The translations under genes and the position numbers were made by a program. This document shows positions 58,599 through 61,623 of a stretch of 61,623 nucleotides of DNA, piece after piece; position 1 is the stretch's first letter; every line of letters begins with the position of its first letter. The notes under the pieces were generated by a model. It made no database searches, was not told where the DNA came from, and was given only the letters and a program-made list of their open reading frames with translations. This stretch comes from a virus (taxonomy: Duplodnaviria > Caudoviricetes), in IMG/VR virus record IMGVR_UViG_3300030061_004427, positions 1 through 61,623 of that record. One strand, 5' to 3'.

Positions 58599-59186
58599 TC
58601 ACAATGATGATTTATTACGCTCTTGCCAATTGTATGACTTTTCATCTTCAGTAATTGGTCCGCCTTTTGCCCATGTGTGACAACTTCTAGCACTATGGCA
58701 TTTAAAATTATGCATCCAACAATAACCTAAACGACCATCCTCATCAGATGTTTCTCCTGGCATACATTCATCCATTCTTGGTGATACATCAAACGCAACA
58801 CAATTACCACACAAAGATTGTTTAGCAGCTTCTTCTGATGTCTTCCAATACCTCGCAATCTTCTTCCAATAATTACCAGGTTCTTCTACATTTAACGGTC
58901 CATAGTTAAACTGTTCTATAGTTGCATCTCTATTAATTGTGTTTAATTCTAAGTTTTGAGTAGGTGCTGGGCAACCCATCTCGTTATCTTCACAATGATA
59001 GTTTAGATACCGCTGGGCAGCTTTGGCTGTGTTATTGCCTTTATTTTTTTGTTTACCTTTTAATGTACGAGCTTTAGTACACGTAAGTTTACCTTTAGTT
59101 TGTCTTTTCAAGATACCAGGTCTTACTGGATCGTGTATAGATTTCTCTAAAATCTCTTCTATTTTTTTGTTAAATAATGATTCCAT
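58599..59186 (-). CDS. two-module Cys-rich, probably virion-associated protein
   Basis: Start moved to ATG 59186 (MESLFNKKIEEILE); CGNC.AFD, GYCW...FKC...R.C..W. Confidence 0.65.
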   Translation of the reverse strand: MESLFNKKIEEILEKSIHDPVRPGILKRQTKGKLTCTKARTLKGKQKNKGNNTAKAAQRYLNYHCEDNEMGCPAPTQNLELNTINRDATIEQFNYGPLNVEEPGNYWKKIARYWKTSEEAAKQSLCGNCVAFDVSPRMDECMPGETSDEDGRLGYCWMHNFKCHSARSCHTWAKGGPITEDEKSYNWQERNKSSL

Positions 59187-59187
59187 A

Positions 59188-59454
59188 TTACCAATCTTTA
59201 CAAGCTTGATATCTTGCTGTACCAGGTTTAGCAGAACTACATTTATGTCGAGCTCTAAAGCTTTTTCTCCTTTTTGTATTAGCTTTACCTGATACCTTAA
59301 CTCCTTTTTGACCCCAATGAATTTTTTTGTATCCTTTACCATCAGGATTCTTTACACATTTCATCCATTTTTTACCTTTAGATGTACTGCTAGCTTTTTT
59401 TGTGGTCTTAGTACATTTTTCTTCTATCTTAATAAAAAACTCTTTAAAGGTCAT
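59188..59454 (-). CDS. DUF6321-like small basic protein
   Basis: KKW..CV.NP, HWGQ.G, RRKSFRARHKC, ARY.AC..W; TAAATA-N5-ATG. Confidence 0.7.
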   Translation of the reverse strand: MTFKEFFIKIEEKCTKTTKKASSTSKGKKWMKCVKNPDGKGYKKIHWGQKGVKVSGKANTKRRKSFRARHKCSSAKPGTARYQACKDW

Positions 59455-59468
59455 ATTAGTATTTAAGC

Positions 59469-59495
59469 AAAAAAAAGCCCCTTTTCAGGGGCTTT
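59469..59495 (-). terminator. intrinsic terminator
   Basis: Minus strand AAAGCCCC-TGAAAA-GGGGC followed by a T run, downstream of 59517-60629. Confidence 0.8.
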
Positions 59496-59516
59496 AAAAG
59501 GCTAACTTTTTTTGAC

Positions 59517-60629
59517 TTAATTGTTTTTCTGGAAGAATGATTGATCACCCTTTCCGCCACCCTTAATCCTGCTTTTAACAACATTAGATTTTCCCTTTAC
59601 TGACGTTGGGTGTCCCTTTTTCTGGTTAACCAACGGTGTACCTTCGTCGGTTCCTTCACCATCAATACCATCTTTAATTTTGCCATCGCCTTCGCTATGA
59701 CCAACGGTCTGTGTATATTGTGAATGAACAACGTTTGCACTACCAGTTACGGGTGTTGGATTACCTTCTTTCTGGTTAACCAACGGTGTGCCAAGAATCT
59801 CTGCTTCGATTTCCTCGCCGAAGTAGTTAAAATTCTCTTCATCCTCTTCAGGATGGTCGCTCGTGCCGTAATCTCTTACTTCACTCTTACGACCTGTCTT
59901 TTTGTCGTAACGACGAGCTCTGTCCCCTTTGTTTCCACCGAAATGCTTCTCTTTCTCGGACTCGTCTTCATCGTATCCCATTTCGTCCTCGTCATCGTCG
60001 TAATCACCAAGAGCATCCTCGACATCTTCAATATCATCTGCTGCGTCCATTACGTCCATGAGTGCGTCATGTAAGTGTTTTGCAACTTCTTTTGGAATCT
60101 CGATAGTAATTGTATCAGTTTCGGTTGTTTCAACATCGACATCGTCTGTGTCAATACCGAGTTCTACTGCATCAATTTGTTCATCGTCCATAACTTCTTC
60201 GTATAAACGGTCAAAAATAGATTTGTTCTTAGCCATATTAGTATTTATACTCTCTTTGTTTATTTTTTCGTTTTCTGCCTTAAAATAGTCTGAAGCGTCC
60301 GTATCAGATAATTGCTTAACATCGTAAGCGTTACCTAATTTAATTTCTGGGTTATTTGGATCTAATTCCGTGCTTTTATAATTGTCGGCGCCGTTAGGTC
60401 CGGAGTTACCATGATAAAAGCCTTTATAACCTTCTGGCTTTTCAGCAGGTATGTCTGTGTTGCTGCCTTTTAGTTTTACTTTTTTACCGGCGCGCTCCCA
60501 GGTCTTACTAATAGGCTTGCCTGGTTTGATTTGTTGCTTGTGCGCCGCTTTACCTGGTGGATCACCAACTACAGCTTCATAAGCTTCTTCAATTTGTTTC
60601 AATTGTCTTTTACGATTTTTGATATACAT
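59517..60629 (-). CDS. acidic late protein (possible prohead core or internal protein) with nested in-frame start at 60236
   Basis: TAAATA-N5-ATG at both 60629 and 60236; D/E-rich; internal repeats. Confidence 0.7.
   Translation of the reverse strand: MYIKNRKRQLKQIEEAYEAVVGDPPGKAAHKQQIKPGKPISKTWERAGKKVKLKGSNTDIPAEKPEGYKGFYHGNSGPNGADNYKSTELDPNNPEIKLGNAYDVKQLSDTDASDYFKAENEKINKESINTNMAKNKSIFDRLYEEVMDDEQIDAVELGIDTDDVDVETTETDTITIEIPKEVAKHLHDALMDVMDAADDIEDVEDALGDYDDDEDEMGYDEDESEKEKHFGGNKGDRARRYDKKTGRKSEVRDYGTSDHPEEDEENFNYFGEEIEAEILGTPLVNQKEGNPTPVTGSANVVHSQYTQTVGHSEGDGKIKDGIDGEGTDEGTPLVNQKKGHPTSVKGKSNVVKSRIKGGGKGDQSFFQKNN
59619..59789. repeat. intragenic direct repeat (21-nt identical core, 150 nt apart)
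   Basis: TTTCTGGTTAACCAACGGTGT at 59619 and 59769, encoding GTPLVNQK.G.PT.V.G..NVV.S twice. Confidence 0.85.
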
Positions 60630-60644
60630 AAAATTATTTAATTG

Positions 60645-61193
60645 TTATGCGGATTTTAACCATTCATCTTGAATGTCTTCTGTAGTGTCAACTTCCGCGT
60701 ATTGTTTTTCAATTGCACTAATATCTTCACTCTTTACATGAAGCGTTTCATCATCATCTGTTTGTACAACAAATGTGTTTGGTGGATTAGAGACGATACC
60801 AACTATTTCACCGGTACCACCACCAATTCTATCTTCTATGTCAACGTACATACCGATACCAAATTCTTCTTCTTGTTCTTGCTGTTGTTGACCTGCTATT
60901 TTATTTTGAACTCTTTGCTGTACTCCTTGAGCAGCTCCAGCTACTGCAGCTTTCCCAACTTGTTTAGCAGCTGGCATTAAAGCTTTTGCACCTCTCACTG
61001 CTGCTCCCGCTATTTTTGGTGCATATTTTGCTGCTGTGCGAATCGCGGCGCCTGCTATAGGAGCAAGTTCTTGAACAACCTGTCGTTCTGTACCACCATC
61101 ATAACTAGTTATGGTGTTTTCTTCTACAATTTGCCCATATGCATCGGACAAATCAGACATTGCTCTATCACCTTTTGATTTAAAATATTTCAT
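60645..61193 (-). CDS. modular late protein (Ala-rich amphipathic segment plus SH3-like C-terminus)
   Basis: Start moved to ATG 61193 (MKYFKSKGDRAM), 2 nt after the upstream stop. Confidence 0.65.
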   Translation of the reverse strand: MKYFKSKGDRAMSDLSDAYGQIVEENTITSYDGGTERQVVQELAPIAGAAIRTAAKYAPKIAGAAVRGAKALMPAAKQVGKAAVAGAAQGVQQRVQNKIAGQQQQEQEEEFGIGMYVDIEDRIGGGTGEIVGIVSNPPNTFVVQTDDDETLHVKSEDISAIEKQYAEVDTTEDIQDEWLKSA

Positions 61194-61278
61194 ATCAGTA
61201 CCAACCGTGGTTTTCAATTGGCTTTCTTTCAACCTGTTCGTATGACTCCATTAATTGGGTCATTGCTCTATCACCTTT
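61158..61278. repeat. 18-nt direct repeat shared by two adjacent genes
   Basis: CATTGCTCTATCACCTTT at 61158 and 61261 (encodes KGDRAM). Confidence 0.85.
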
Positions 61279-61623
61279 AGAAGAATAATAAACCTCTTCA
61301 TTCTCATGACAAGGTACGTGATCACAGCGTTCGTCTTTACCGTCGCCGTCATCATATTTACCCTTCTTTTCTTCATCTTCGTCTTTATCTAAATCAGGCC
61401 ATTTTCTTGCAACACATCTGTCGATACCTTCTGGATCTGGAGCATTACGTGCATATGATTTAGCAGCTATTGCTCTTTTTCTTGTATTAACAGGGTATGT
61501 TCCATCAGCGGCACCACCAGATGGTCCACAAAATTCGTCTTTATCTACGTCTGTATAAGCTCCAGCACTCGAACTACCTTCACGGTCTCTTTCGTCGTCT
61601 AGATCTTTACCCCAACGATGTTT
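61195..61623 (-). CDS. C-terminal part of a modular, probably virion-associated protein (starts beyond the window end)
   Basis: Manual translation: ...DEFCGPSGGAADGTYPVNTRKRAIAAKSYARNAPDPEGIDRCVARKWPDLDKDEDEE...CHENEEVYYSSKGDRAMTQLMESY...GWY*. Confidence 0.7.
   Translation of the reverse strand, partial: KHRWGKDLDDERDREGSSSAGAYTDVDKDEFCGPSGGAADGTYPVNTRKRAIAAKSYARNAPDPEGIDRCVARKWPDLDKDEDEEKKGKYDDGDGKDERCDHVPCHENEEVYYSSKGDRAMTQLMESYEQVERKPIENHGWY

Noticed and set aside
59187-59342. N-terminal extension of ORF 58599-59342
   Set aside because: It overlaps the DUF6321-like gene in another frame; ATG 59186 directly follows that gene's stop
2275-60980. Many short ORFs overlapping longer genes (e.g. 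2421-2606, 4145-4438, 21420-21647, 42833-43168, 59724-60074, 60669-60980)
   Set aside because: Antisense or out-of-frame shadows of well-supported genes, with no promoter or motif support
1-61623. Stop-codon reassignment, introns or inteins
   Set aside because: Core genes (43, 41, 46, uvsX, uvsW, 61) are full length and uninterrupted in the standard code, and TAA, TAG and TGA all end genes
1-61623. tRNA genes, rRNA or CRISPR arrays
   Set aside because: Intergenic gaps are mostly under 100 nt; no cloverleaf/T-loop pattern or regularly spaced repeat was seen by eye. tRNAscan-SE would be the definitive check

Overview
AT-rich, densely coded segment of a large T4-like myophage genome, read in the standard genetic code. 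It holds the T4-type replication, recombination and late-transcription core: UvsY, UvsW, gp55, gp47, gp46, gp43, UvsX, gp41, a gp59-like protein, gp32, gp45, RNase H, gp61 and a gp14-like neck protein. Interleaved with this core are (i) a dispersed 7-deazaguanine pathway (FolE, QueD, QueE, an atypical QueC and a stand-alone glutamine amidotransferase) with a carbamoyltransferase next to queC; (ii) about 20 glycosyl-, sulfo- and methyltransferase and nucleotide-sugar genes; (iii) a small cell-envelope cassette; and (iv) many late genes whose products start with peptides resembling the T4 capsid-targeting sequence. The clearest signal seen directly in the DNA is promoter architecture: TAAATA-N5-ATG (late type) and TTGAnn-N16-TATAAT-N5-8-ATG (sigma70 type) recur dozens of times, which implies leaderless or near-leaderless mRNAs. 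The best candidate for an undescribed system is a late operon of apparently capsid-packaged enzymes: an HxGH nucleotidyltransferase, a KxDG ligase-like protein and a PD-(D/E)xK nuclease-like protein. No tRNA, rRNA, CRISPR array, intron or intein was recognised. All family assignments come from motif recognition by eye, not from database searches.
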